A DNA stretch of 64,000 nucleotides from Pelagomonas calceolata (Eukaryota), in NCBI GenBank assembly GCA_918797485.1, contig CAKKNE010000004.1, positions 2,852,001 through 2,916,000 of the forward strand, read 5' to 3'. Below are positions 51,486 to 61,068 of this stretch, piece after piece. The position numbers and the translations under genes are program-made. Numbering within the stretch: position 1 is the first letter of the stretch; the number at the start of each line of letters is the position of its first letter. The notes below the pieces were generated by a model that saw nothing but the letters and a program-made list of their open reading frames with translations, was not told the DNA's origin and did not search any database.

Positions 51486-52904
51486 ATGGCGTTCTCCTAT
51501 GCGCTCGCAGCTACGGTACTATGCCTCATCTTGCCGCCCCTCGTGATCCTGTATCGCATCGTACGGGTGCGCGTGCCGGGCCCGCTGCGGCCGCAGACGC
51601 TGCTGCTCGGGACGTTACTCGATAAGAAGTACATACCGGATCTCTTCACAAGACACCGCTCGCTCGCGACGCTGCAGAGCGACTACGGCAAAACTTTAAG
51701 AGTGGTGGGACCGCTGGGAAAGGTAATGGTCATGTTTACCGGCTCGATACCTAAGTGGTTCAGCGGTCGAGATCTTGACAGTGGGAGGGAGGGCGTGAAT
51801 CACCTCCTACCTCGCTCGATCCTCGGTCTACCTCTGGGACCGGAGTGGTCGCGCCACCGCCGCGCCATAGCGCCTTTATTCAGTGCGAAGAGTCTCGAGG
51901 CGCAGCTGCCACACATCCTCGTTGCGTGCCGGGAGCTCGTTGACAGCAACCTCGCCGAAGCGGGCGTCTCGGACCTCTACCCGGTTATTGGCGCCTGGGC
52001 GCTGGACATCATCGGGAACGTGGCGTTCGGCCACGAATTCGGCGCGCTCGTGGGCGCGAAATCAGGTAAGGAATCGCGCTATGCGACGGCTGCCGCCGGC
52101 CTCAATGCTGATATACTGCGTCGCTTCGCGAAGGGTCCGTTTGCGAGCTTGGACCGCGCCGCCTGCGCCAAGGCCACGGCCGACATGGAGGTCTTCCGCG
52201 AGACGGCAGCCGAGATTATCCGCGCGTCCGCGGCCCCGACGGCGCCCGAAGCGCTGCGGTCTTCGTTCGTCGCCCGCCTGGCCCACAAGGAGAAGCTAGC
52301 GCCGGAGGACTGTATCCAGGAGAGCGTGTCGCTACTCATAGCTGGGCATGAGACGTCGTCGAACACGGCGTGCTGGATCTTGCATCTACTTGCGAGCAAC
52401 CCCGAGGAGCAGGCCAAGTGCCGCGCCGAGGCCGATATGTCGCCCGCGACACCGTCATACCAAGACTTTCTGGCCATGACGACTCTCGTCGGCGCCGTCT
52501 ACGAGGCACTTAGATTATATACGATTATCATCGGACCGGCCAAGAAGATGACACGCGACGACCAAATTCCTGGTGTGCCCAAGAATACCTACGTGCTCCC
52601 AAACAAAACGGTAATGGCCCGTTGTCCGATGCAGTTCCCATCGCCCGACAAGTTCGACTGTTCGCGTTATGTGAAAGGACAGCACGGTCGTATGGGTGAG
52701 CCGCACTGCCCCTTCGGCGCCGGCCCCCGGATCTGCGTCGGCTACGCTTTGGCCCAGCTCGAGCTCGTCGCACTCCTCCACGCGGTGCTTCGCCGCTACG
52801 AATTGTTCCCCGCGGGCCCGGGCTACCCGGAGCCGAGGGAGCACGTCCTCGTCACGAACGGCCCGCGCGAGAGCGGCCTCTTCCTGAAGCTCGTGCCGCG
52901 CTAG
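51486..52904 (+). CDS. Cytochrome P450
   Basis: N-terminal TM anchor, WSRHRR, AGHETS (I-helix), EALR (ExxR), PFGAGPRICVG heme motif. Confidence 0.95.
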   Translation: MAFSYALAATVLCLILPPLVILYRIVRVRVPGPLRPQTLLLGTLLDKKYIPDLFTRHRSLATLQSDYGKTLRVVGPLGKVMVMFTGSIPKWFSGRDLDSGREGVNHLLPRSILGLPLGPEWSRHRRAIAPLFSAKSLEAQLPHILVACRELVDSNLAEAGVSDLYPVIGAWALDIIGNVAFGHEFGALVGAKSGKESRYATAAAGLNADILRRFAKGPFASLDRAACAKATADMEVFRETAAEIIRASAAPTAPEALRSSFVARLAHKEKLAPEDCIQESVSLLIAGHETSSNTACWILHLLASNPEEQAKCRAEADMSPATPSYQDFLAMTTLVGAVYEALRLYTIIIGPAKKMTRDDQIPGVPKNTYVLPNKTVMARCPMQFPSPDKFDCSRYVKGQHGRMGEPHCPFGAGPRICVGYALAQLELVALLHAVLRRYELFPAGPGYPEPREHVLVTNGPRESGLFLKLVPR

Positions 52905-52960
52905 TTGTGTGAATAATACTGTTACTATCCCACGAACGAAAGCGATCGATACAAACACAC

Positions 52961-54349
52961 TCACCCCAGGTTCAAGCTCTCATGCTTCTCCGCGAGAGCT
53001 TGCAATTCGTCCTGCCCCGCGCCGCCGAACCGATCCGAGGCCGTCGCGCGCTCCCGATTGGCCTTGAGCAGCTGCGCGTCGCGCGCCATCTTCAGCGCGA
53101 CGGCGGACCGTTTGACCGGCTTTTTCTTCGCGTCCTTGACTAGTTTTCTGAACGCCATGTACAGGACCTCGCAGTCGGCCTCGGAGCCGCCGAGCGCCTC
53201 GACCTGCCTTAGTAGATCACCGCGGTAGATCACGGCCAGCGTCTTGCCCGACTTACAGAACGCGGGGGCCAGCTTCGCGTATTTCCCGCCGTCGAACTCG
53301 AGGCACCACTTCTCGCACTCCTTCGAGGACCACTTCTCGGGGCCCTTGAACTGCTTCCGCTGCCGCGCGAGCTCGGAAGCCTCGAGAGTGGCGGCGGCGT
53401 ACTCGAGCGTCCGTTTTGATTCGGTTGCCGTTGCTGGACTTGGAGACACGCAGGCGACGAAGGCCGTGGACGTCGCGCCGTCGACCTCCAGGGCATCTCT
53501 CAAAAGCAGCGTGATCTTCGCGCGGCGGTAGGGCACGTGCTTGTCGCCTCGTAACCGCGCCCGCAGACACTCGTTCAAACATGATAAAGAAGAATTGATC
53601 TCCTGGGCCTCGCGCAGTCGCTCGTCCGAGTAGTTCTCGGCGCCGGCTTTCAGCCGCTCCGAGCCCGCCAAATCAACGAGCCTCAGCCGGCCTCCTCCCT
53701 TTATCTTGAGCTGGCAGACGGCGTGGCTTCGCGACGAGACGCTGTTCCGCTCCGTGGCCGCCGTGGCTCGTAGCTTATTCGCATTCTTTGTCTTCGCGTC
53801 GAAGTCGTCCAGCGAAGCACATTGGTTCTTCGAGAGGCCGACGGGCTGGATTGTTCCACTACTATCCGCCAGGAGCTTGACTGTTTCACGATCCTTCAGC
53901 AGGTCGCAGCAACTTTCACCAGCGATCTCGAGGAAGGACACATCCACTGAGCTGCTTTTGAGGAGCTGCTCAGCGGCAAACCGCTGCGCTGCACGCGCGG
54001 AGTGCGTCTTGCCCGCGCCGGACGCGCCGTAAAACACGACGCAGGCCGTGCCGCCTCGCGAAGCGAGGTCGGCGAGCGGCGCTATGACCGTCTCGCAGAA
54101 CGTCGGGTCGTCCGCGCTGACGGCGTGGTGCAATCTGAAGCCGCGCCCGCGGCCCGCGTCGCCCGGGGCGCGCACGCGGACGCCCGTCGCGCTCACGGCG
54201 CTCGTGGACGCGATGTCGTTCGGGCCATCCAGTGCGGTGAGCCAGGGGCGGACGCGGGCAGCTACGGTTGTCGTGGCTTTTGCTTGTGCGGGCGGTGGGG
54301 GCGGCGTCGCATCATCGCGTGTCTGCATTCGTTGTTTTAGGCTTTCCAT
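52961..54349 (-). CDS. Kinesin motor domain protein with short C-terminal extension
   Basis: VAARVRP, YGASGAGKTHS (P-loop), NSVSSRSHA (switch I), LVDLAGSER (switch II), HVPYRRAKIT. Confidence 0.93.
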   Translation of the reverse strand: MESLKQRMQTRDDATPPPPPAQAKATTTVAARVRPWLTALDGPNDIASTSAVSATGVRVRAPGDAGRGRGFRLHHAVSADDPTFCETVIAPLADLASRGGTACVVFYGASGAGKTHSARAAQRFAAEQLLKSSSVDVSFLEIAGESCCDLLKDRETVKLLADSSGTIQPVGLSKNQCASLDDFDAKTKNANKLRATAATERNSVSSRSHAVCQLKIKGGGRLRLVDLAGSERLKAGAENYSDERLREAQEINSSLSCLNECLRARLRGDKHVPYRRAKITLLLRDALEVDGATSTAFVACVSPSPATATESKRTLEYAAATLEASELARQRKQFKGPEKWSSKECEKWCLEFDGGKYAKLAPAFCKSGKTLAVIYRGDLLRQVEALGGSEADCEVLYMAFRKLVKDAKKKPVKRSAVALKMARDAQLLKANRERATASDRFGGAGQDELQALAEKHESLNLG

Positions 54350-54735
54350 TGTTGTGGGATCAGCCGGGAGGGCAGTTGTCCTCCGGCGTTGTAGGGCAGC
54401 CGTGTGTTCGTTAATAGTGTGCGGGCAGTGCGGCGGGCAGTGCTTCGGGCGTGGCGGGGCAGCTGTTGGCCAGAAGTTTGAGCATCTGACTTTCTAGTAT
54501 CTTACAGACGCTAGCTCCATCGGCCGTGGCTTGTTTTGCAGTGCGGCTCGGTTATTAGCGAAGCACGCCCAGACCTGACCCTCGCGTCGTCACATCTGCA
54601 ATGAACCATCGAGCCGTAGCTCGTTTGACGCACTCATGACTCGCAAAAAATTGCATTGATCAATATTTGACCGCGACGGCCGGGACCAGCATCGATGGCG
54701 TCAACCTCCACGCCATCGATGGCGAGGAACATGAA

Positions 54736-55053
54736 ATGACTCTCCGAGCGGCCAACAACTACGCAATGTCCCTTATTGATCTAAAGCGCTTCGAAGAAGC
54801 GAAGCGACTGCTACGCAAAATGACGCCCGTGGCGCGACGCGTTCTTGGAGCTGAAAATAAAATAACGCTGTCTATGCGTGAGGACCTCTCTCGCGCGATA
54901 CTAGACGGAGACTCCTCCGCCAATGAAAAGCGCCAGGCGCTTCGGACACTGGAGGAAGTGGCAGGAGTCATGCGTCGCGTTATGGGACCGGCTCATCCCG
55001 ACACACTGCATGCTCAGAGGAAGCTGGAGGGTTATCGCCAGCGCATCGAGTAA
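54736..55053 (+). CDS. Short TPR-like (kinesin-light-chain-type repeat) ORF, probably a fragment of a repetitive gene family
   Basis: TLRAANNYAMSL...RFEEAKRLL...ARRVLGAENKITL and MRRVMGPAHPDTL repeats; appears 5'-truncated. Confidence 0.55.
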   Translation: MTLRAANNYAMSLIDLKRFEEAKRLLRKMTPVARRVLGAENKITLSMREDLSRAILDGDSSANEKRQALRTLEEVAGVMRRVMGPAHPDTLHAQRKLEGYRQRIE

Positions 55054-55075
55054 CTTATAGTCTTACGCATCAAAC

Positions 55076-56350
55076 CTACTGCCCCTTGAAGATGTCGATC
55101 TGCGAGATGCGGCGCCGCGCCTCCTCGCAGGCCTCGCGCGGCGCGAAGGCCGAGAAGCGCAGGAAGCCCTCGCCGCCGGGCCCGAAGCCGGCGCCGGGAA
55201 TCGTCACGACCTGGCACTCCTCGAGGATCGTCGAGAAGGTGTCCCAGGACGAGTGGCCCTTCAAGTCCACGAAGACGTAGGGAGAGTCGTCGCCGCCGAT
55301 GTAGTCCAGGCCGAGATCATCCGCCAACCCTTGCAGGATCTTCGCGTTGCCCAGGTAGTAATCAATGAGTGAATCAATTTCCTTCTTGCCCTCCGGCGAC
55401 AGGCAGGCCATGCCGCCGCTCTGGATGACGTTCGACGCGCCGTTGAAGCACGTCGTCATGACGCGGTTGAAGTCGTCGCGGACCTTGCTGCCGTCCGAGT
55501 ACTCCAGGGCATCCGGGACCACCGTCCAGCCCAACCGAGCACCGGTAAACCCGGCGTACTTGGAGAAGGAGTTCACCTCGATGGCGCACTTCTCGGCGCC
55601 GGGGATCTCGAAAATGCTGGTGGGCACGCCCGGCGTCTTGATAAAGGGGGCGTACGCCGCGTCGAAGACTAGTATACTACCATCTTTCAATGCGCGCGCA
55701 ACTAACTCTTCGAGCTGGGCTTTCGTCGCGACGGCGCCCGTCGGGTTGTTCGGCGAGCAGAAGTAGTAGACGTCGGCTCTCGGCACTTCATCTAAATGAG
55801 GGAAGAAGTTGTTCTCCTTGGGGCACTTCATGTACACGAGATTGTTGAACTGGCCGTTCGCATCGACCTCGCCCGTTTGCCCAAACATCACAGAGGTATC
55901 GACGTAGACGGGGTACGACGGGTCCTGCACCGCCGACGTGACGCCGGAGCCGAACATGATCTGTAAACGAGCAATGTCGCACTTGGCGCCGTCCGACACG
56001 AAGACCTCGTCGGCCTTGATGTTCGTGTTGGCGTAGCACGACTCGGCGATTCTTTGCCGCAAGTCGCCCATGCCCTGCTCGGCGCCATAGCCGCTGTAGC
56101 CCTCCTGCGTGCCTAATTTCGACGCGCCTTCCACTAAACCAGACAGAATGTGCTCGGGGATCGGTTTGGTGGTGTCGCCGATGCCCAAGGAAATGATCTT
56201 GTCGGCCTTGTCGGGGTTCGCCGCGACGAACGCGGAGCGGCGGCGGCCGATCTCGGGGAAGAGGTAGCCGCCCTGGAGTTTCGCGAAGTTCGGGTTCCGC
56301 GCGACGTTCAGGGCTTCCGCCGACAGCGCTAGTGCTAGGACGACCTTCAT
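55076..56350 (-). CDS. dapL: LL-diaminopimelate aminotransferase, plastid-targeted
   Basis: RNPNFAKLQGGYLFPEI, ISLGIGDTT, FVSDGAKCD, CSPNNPTG, NSFSKYAGFTGARLGW (PLP lysine); signal peptide from ATG 56350. Confidence 0.95.
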   Translation of the reverse strand: MKVVLALALSAEALNVARNPNFAKLQGGYLFPEIGRRRSAFVAANPDKADKIISLGIGDTTKPIPEHILSGLVEGASKLGTQEGYSGYGAEQGMGDLRQRIAESCYANTNIKADEVFVSDGAKCDIARLQIMFGSGVTSAVQDPSYPVYVDTSVMFGQTGEVDANGQFNNLVYMKCPKENNFFPHLDEVPRADVYYFCSPNNPTGAVATKAQLEELVARALKDGSILVFDAAYAPFIKTPGVPTSIFEIPGAEKCAIEVNSFSKYAGFTGARLGWTVVPDALEYSDGSKVRDDFNRVMTTCFNGASNVIQSGGMACLSPEGKKEIDSLIDYYLGNAKILQGLADDLGLDYIGGDDSPYVFVDLKGHSSWDTFSTILEECQVVTIPGAGFGPGGEGFLRFSAFAPREACEEARRRISQIDIFKGQ

Positions 56351-57032
56351 GGCTGCTGCGACCTGTGTGCGTGATGGTGAGCGCGAACTGCTCTCGCGAA
56401 GCGCTCCTCTCTCAGTTGCCGCGGTCGTCGGTGGCGTCACGTCGACGGCGTCGCGGTCGCAACGTCCACCGGATGCAAGGTCCAGTGTGATGTGCTGTTG
56501 CAAGCATGCGTGGCGTCGACGTCGTCGCGGTTGCTTGCCGCTGCGTCGTGCGCGCTGGATCTGCAGCTGCAGTGTGAGGTGTTGCCGTCTCTCTCCAGCC
56601 AGCTATCGCACGGCAGTGCCACCAGCAGCACACGACAGATGAGTATTGATTTAAAGGAATGTAGAGTCTGGGCACGGATGGTTGCAAGTATGCTGAGATC
56701 TGCGACGCGCACGAGCCACAATCGCCTGGAGATGCTGGCTCTGTCACTTGGCTCCGCCAGCGGAAGGATCTGTCTCCGGCCAGGATACGTCCGAATACAG
56801 ACCTCTGCGACAGGTGCCAAGACCCATAGAGCGAACCGCACCTCCACCCGCCGGCCTCTCACAGCTGCAGCGCCGCCAGACAAAGGGCAGCCTCTCGCGC
56901 GCCGACGCGACGACAGGGCCACCACGCGACAACCTACGGATCACTACGAACCCCTTGGTTCTAGGTAGCCGCAGCGCCGCCGGCCTCCTCTCTGCAGCGC
57001 CAAACACAAGGGCAGCCTCGAGGACAGCAGTC

Positions 57033-58142
57033 ATGAGCGCGCCCTCGTCCTACCGCCCCCCAACTGAACAAGACCGCCAGCTCGTGGATGGAGTGTGGAG
57101 AGAAAGGAAGCACGGCATCGAACCCCCGAAGCAAGAAACGGACATGACGAAGGCGATGTTGGCCCAAGGGCGAATGTCGCCACAGAAAGTAGGCGTCGAC
57201 CTGAAAATGCAAAAGGCGATGCTCCTGAAGCAGATGGCCCTGCTGGATGACCGTTGTGCCGCGACGCACAAGATCCTCGGCAAGAAAACAAGAGATAGAC
57301 GAGCATCCAAGTTGTTGGCGCAGGCCCACGCGCATCTGCCGCGGTCTTCTCTCTCGAAGCAAGGCCAACGTGTCATTGAAAAGCCGGTAGCTTTGCCGAA
57401 GAGGCCGCCCGTGCGAAGAACGACACCATCCATAACACCGAACCCGGACGTGCTCATACACAAACTGAAAAGGACAGCAAAAACAGTCAATGCCCAGAAA
57501 ATTCAGAATCGGACGCGGCCGCACAAGGGCCCCTGTTCAGGTGTCTTCCGGAAGCAGAAAGTAGAAGAAACGGTATTCCCGACGAGATACGAGCGGGGCG
57601 AGTTGCCGTGCGCGATCGAGCACGGCGCCTGCCACAACACTTTAAGCTGGGCCTGTCCGTTGCTCCAGTTGGACTACGAGCACTATTTACCGATTTTCTT
57701 GGATGGGATTCGTTGTACGGACGCGCGGTACAAGTTCGTGGCCAGACAAGGCTTTGACGAGATGATCGAAGAAGCGAAGGGCTTTCCGGACTGCGTGCTG
57801 CCCGTCGTGCCGGCTTTAATAAAACCCATCCGACTGGCCCTGGCGACGCACGACCCGGACATCGTGGTCGCCGGTCTCAACGCTTTACAAAAAGTTGTGT
57901 TGAGCAACTACGGCGTCGGCGAGGCCATGGTGCCCTTCTACCGGCAGTTACTCCAGCCGATGAATTTATTTTACACGAAGCGCCAGAACATCGGCGACCA
58001 GATTTTTTATGGACAGCGGAAGGGGACGGACTTGGGGACGGCCGTGCTGGAGACCTTGGAGCTGCTCGAGAAGACGGGCGGGCCGAACGCGTTCGTGAAC
58101 ATCAAGTCCTACGTGCCGGTCTACGAGTCGTGCATGCAGTAA
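57033..58142 (+). CDS. PACRG: Parkin co-regulated gene (PACRG) family protein with N-terminal extension
   Basis: FPTRYERGELPCAIEH, LDYEHYLPIFLDGIR, VPFYRQLL, LELLEKTGGPNAFVNIKSYVPVYESC. Confidence 0.9.
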   Translation: MSAPSSYRPPTEQDRQLVDGVWRERKHGIEPPKQETDMTKAMLAQGRMSPQKVGVDLKMQKAMLLKQMALLDDRCAATHKILGKKTRDRRASKLLAQAHAHLPRSSLSKQGQRVIEKPVALPKRPPVRRTTPSITPNPDVLIHKLKRTAKTVNAQKIQNRTRPHKGPCSGVFRKQKVEETVFPTRYERGELPCAIEHGACHNTLSWACPLLQLDYEHYLPIFLDGIRCTDARYKFVARQGFDEMIEEAKGFPDCVLPVVPALIKPIRLALATHDPDIVVAGLNALQKVVLSNYGVGEAMVPFYRQLLQPMNLFYTKRQNIGDQIFYGQRKGTDLGTAVLETLELLEKTGGPNAFVNIKSYVPVYESCMQ

Positions 58143-58162
58143 GTCTGTTACACACAATAGTT

Positions 58163-58618
58163 CTACTTCGCCTCGTCGTCCGGCTCGACGTAATTTCCGG
58201 GAAACGCCGATGCACCACCATAGCCCGCACCGCCCCCCAGGAGCGTGCAGTAGTCGGCCGCGCACCACGACGAGAGCATTTCGTCGCGCGCCGCCGCGTC
58301 GGGCGGGTTCGCGATGAGGCCCAGGAGCGGCGCTTGGGACCCGAGGCCGACCGCGACCGGGAACGCGACCGCCGCGAGGACATTTCGACGGCTGCTGGTT
58401 GGCTCGTTTTGTTCAATTGGCGGCGCTGACGGCTTCCGCGCCCATCGTCTCGTCCCGCATCGCGTCCCGCGTGTTCGTCGAAAGAAGCGCGATGGTGCCC
58501 GTGCGAGTGGTCGCGTCGTCAGCGCGAGTGCCCTACTCAGTGTGCACAACAGTAACACAAATGCCCAACGCAAGAAGGAGGAAGTGCTCTGCTTAGTCAG
58601 CAAATGCAACGCTGCCAT
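58163..58618 (-). CDS. Small probable plastid/thylakoid protein; 5' structure uncertain
   Basis: Signal-like segment, SRRNVLAAVAF twin-arginine-like motif, C-terminal WCAADYCTLLGGGAGY. Confidence 0.45.
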   Translation of the reverse strand: MAALHLLTKQSTSSFLRWAFVLLLCTLSRALALTTRPLARAPSRFFRRTRGTRCGTRRWARKPSAPPIEQNEPTSSRRNVLAAVAFPVAVGLGSQAPLLGLIANPPDAAARDEMLSSWCAADYCTLLGGGAGYGGASAFPGNYVEPDDEAK

Positions 58619-58978
58619 GCTCTCCAATGCCTGCACGACTCGACCTCAAATTTCAGCCAGCGCGTGCTGCGCGGCCAAGGATCAAAAATTTACAAGCCCG
58701 TGACAGTGGTGACAGCTGTGCGGGCTGTGGTGGCAAAAACCACAAAGGCTCGCAATGCTAGCGTCCTGTAAGTCACTAGCAACAAAAACGCTGAGGCAAA
58801 ACAAGGTTGCCTAGGCCCCGTAGCGCTCTAACATATAGAGCACTGCGGCCCAGGGATCAATATTCGAGGGCTGCGACCACAACCAGCCCTTTGCGACCGC
58901 TCCAACACGTGAGGGCACGCCGTAGGGCAGAATCCTCAAGTTCAGAGATTGCCACGGAGATTTAGCCACGGAGACGCA

Positions 58979-61063
58979 ATGAAAGGGCTCGTCGCCCTCT
59001 GTTGCGCGGCCTACGCCGCCGCGCTGTCCGCGCCCGCGAGCAAGCCCATGCCGCCGGCCCGCGCCGAACCGCCGCCCACGAAGGAAACGTACGAGTTCAG
59101 CTACAGCGGCGCGAGCGAGCGGCGCGCGGCCGCCGAGGCGCAGATGCGGTCGCGCATGCGGCGGCTCGGCCGCGCCGCGGGGCCCAAGATTGTGTTACTG
59201 GGCAAGCCGGCGTCGGGCAAGGGGACGCTGGCGCCGATGCTCAGCTGCGCCTACCGGTCAGCGCGAGTGGGCCTTGGAAGTCTGCTAAGAGCACGACTGC
59301 GGGCCGAGAGCGACGGGCAAGTCCGGGCGGCGCTGCAGTCCGGGAAGCTGTTGAGCGACGAGGACGCCATGGACATTGTGCAAGAGAGGTTAGAAAGGGA
59401 GGACGCGGTGGAAGGAGGTTGGTTGTTGGATGGGTTTCCCCGGACGGCCGGACAAGCTAGATTGCTCCTAGAAGGACCGCTGAAGCCGGACGCCGTGGTC
59501 GTCTTGGATCGGCCCGACGATCTGGCCGTGGCGTTCTGTCTCGGGCGGTGCGAGGACTCGGCGACGGGTGCCGTGTACCATCCTCGGTTCGCGCCGCCGC
59601 CCGACGACGTCCGGCATCGACTCGTGTGGCGCACGGACGACACGGAGGAGGTCGTCAAAAAGAGGCTCGCCAAGCACGCCCAGGAATGCAACGCGGTGCT
59701 GGCTACTTTTGAAGAAGCGGGCGTGCCCGTCAAAGTCGTCGACAACGCACGCTCAGAGTTGGAGACCTTCGCGGACTGCTGCAGTTTCGTCGACGAGGTC
59801 GAGGCTTCCATGAGGGGGCTTAAAGCAAGGAGAGAGCGCAAGCAGAAACGCCGAGACAAATTAGCGGCGCCCTGGCGCTTGATGGAAGCTACAAGAAGGG
59901 TTGAAACGGCGGCTGTGGAGCAGAGACCGGAGCCCAAGCCGGCGTCGGGCGGCTCGGCGACGGAGGAGGACGTGGAAGCTTTATGTTACGTGGACGAGAC
60001 GGCGGAGCAGTGCGCGGCGCGCAACGAGGAGTTGCGGGGTCTGCGGGCGGTTGTTAGAAGATGCAACACCTACGATCCGGCTCGATTCGCGCCGGTGTTG
60101 GTCGAGGGCGAGCAGGTCGGGTTTGTCGCCGCGCAGCTATTGAACAAGTTACGGGGGCCGGGCCTGTCGGCGGCCGTCGAGGTCGGGCCGAACCCGCTGC
60201 CGCACGTCGTGCGGCGCCGCGACGATGAACTGGATGAGGAGGTCATCGAGGACGACGACGTGTCGGCGCTGGCCGCGACGCTGGCGCCGCACGCTCATTC
60301 AGTAGCGGAGCGCACGCGCGTCGTCCAGGCTCTCGTGGACGCTTTAGTGGCAGATTCAGAGCTACTATTAGCGAGGCCGGACCAGGGCACGGAGGTGGCA
60401 TTTGTTCCTAGATCAAAATTGCGGGACGAGCTCCAGGACGTGCGGGCGCTCGGCGCGCCCCTGAACTCGCCGCCATTGTTACGAATTGAGAGAGCAGCGG
60501 TGGTCTCCTTCGGCGTGCCCTCCTACGGCTGCCACGTGAACGGCTTCACGCGCAAAAATGGTGACGTCTACATCTGGCTGGCGAAGCGGGCCCTGTCGAA
60601 GCCGACGTACCCCGGGCTGCTGGACCAGATCGCCGCGGGCGGGCTGCCCGCGAAGACGAGTCTGCTGGAGAATGCGAAAAGAGAGGCCGCCGAGGAAGCC
60701 AGCATCCCGCGCGACATTTTGGATGGGAACCTGCGGGCGGCGGGCTGCGTGTCGTACCGGTACGCCGCGCGGCGCGGCCTCTCCACCAAAACCCTGGCGG
60801 TGTTTGATCTCGAGCTTCCGGAAGATCTGGTCCCGATCAACGGCGACGGCGAGGTCGACGCCTTCATGCTCATGAAGGCCGAGGACGCCGTCGAGAGCCT
60901 GCGGAGCCGGCTCTACGAGTGGAAGCCGAACTCGGCTCTCGTGATGCTTGATTTTGCCATGAGATGGGGCTACATACCGCCGGACGACCCGGACTACATT
61001 TCAGTGAGTCATGATCTTCGGAGCTACTCGGCGTCGTCGAGATCGTCAGTATGGAGTAAATAG
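58979..61063 (+). CDS. Adenylate kinase-like domain fused to a Nudix hydrolase (YJR142W/AtNUDT20-24-like)
   Basis: LLGKPASGKGT, GWLLDGFPRT, RTDDTEEVVKKRL (AK); FGVPSYGCHVNG, WLAKRALSKPTYPGLLDQIAAGG, REAAEEA, DGEVDAF, WKPN (Nudix); N-terminal signal peptide. Confidence 0.9.
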   Translation: MKGLVALCCAAYAAALSAPASKPMPPARAEPPPTKETYEFSYSGASERRAAAEAQMRSRMRRLGRAAGPKIVLLGKPASGKGTLAPMLSCAYRSARVGLGSLLRARLRAESDGQVRAALQSGKLLSDEDAMDIVQERLEREDAVEGGWLLDGFPRTAGQARLLLEGPLKPDAVVVLDRPDDLAVAFCLGRCEDSATGAVYHPRFAPPPDDVRHRLVWRTDDTEEVVKKRLAKHAQECNAVLATFEEAGVPVKVVDNARSELETFADCCSFVDEVEASMRGLKARRERKQKRRDKLAAPWRLMEATRRVETAAVEQRPEPKPASGGSATEEDVEALCYVDETAEQCAARNEELRGLRAVVRRCNTYDPARFAPVLVEGEQVGFVAAQLLNKLRGPGLSAAVEVGPNPLPHVVRRRDDELDEEVIEDDDVSALAATLAPHAHSVAERTRVVQALVDALVADSELLLARPDQGTEVAFVPRSKLRDELQDVRALGAPLNSPPLLRIERAAVVSFGVPSYGCHVNGFTRKNGDVYIWLAKRALSKPTYPGLLDQIAAGGLPAKTSLLENAKREAAEEASIPRDILDGNLRAAGCVSYRYAARRGLSTKTLAVFDLELPEDLVPINGDGEVDAFMLMKAEDAVESLRSRLYEWKPNSALVMLDFAMRWGYIPPDDPDYISVSHDLRSYSASSRSSVWSK

Positions 61064-61068
61064 TTGTT

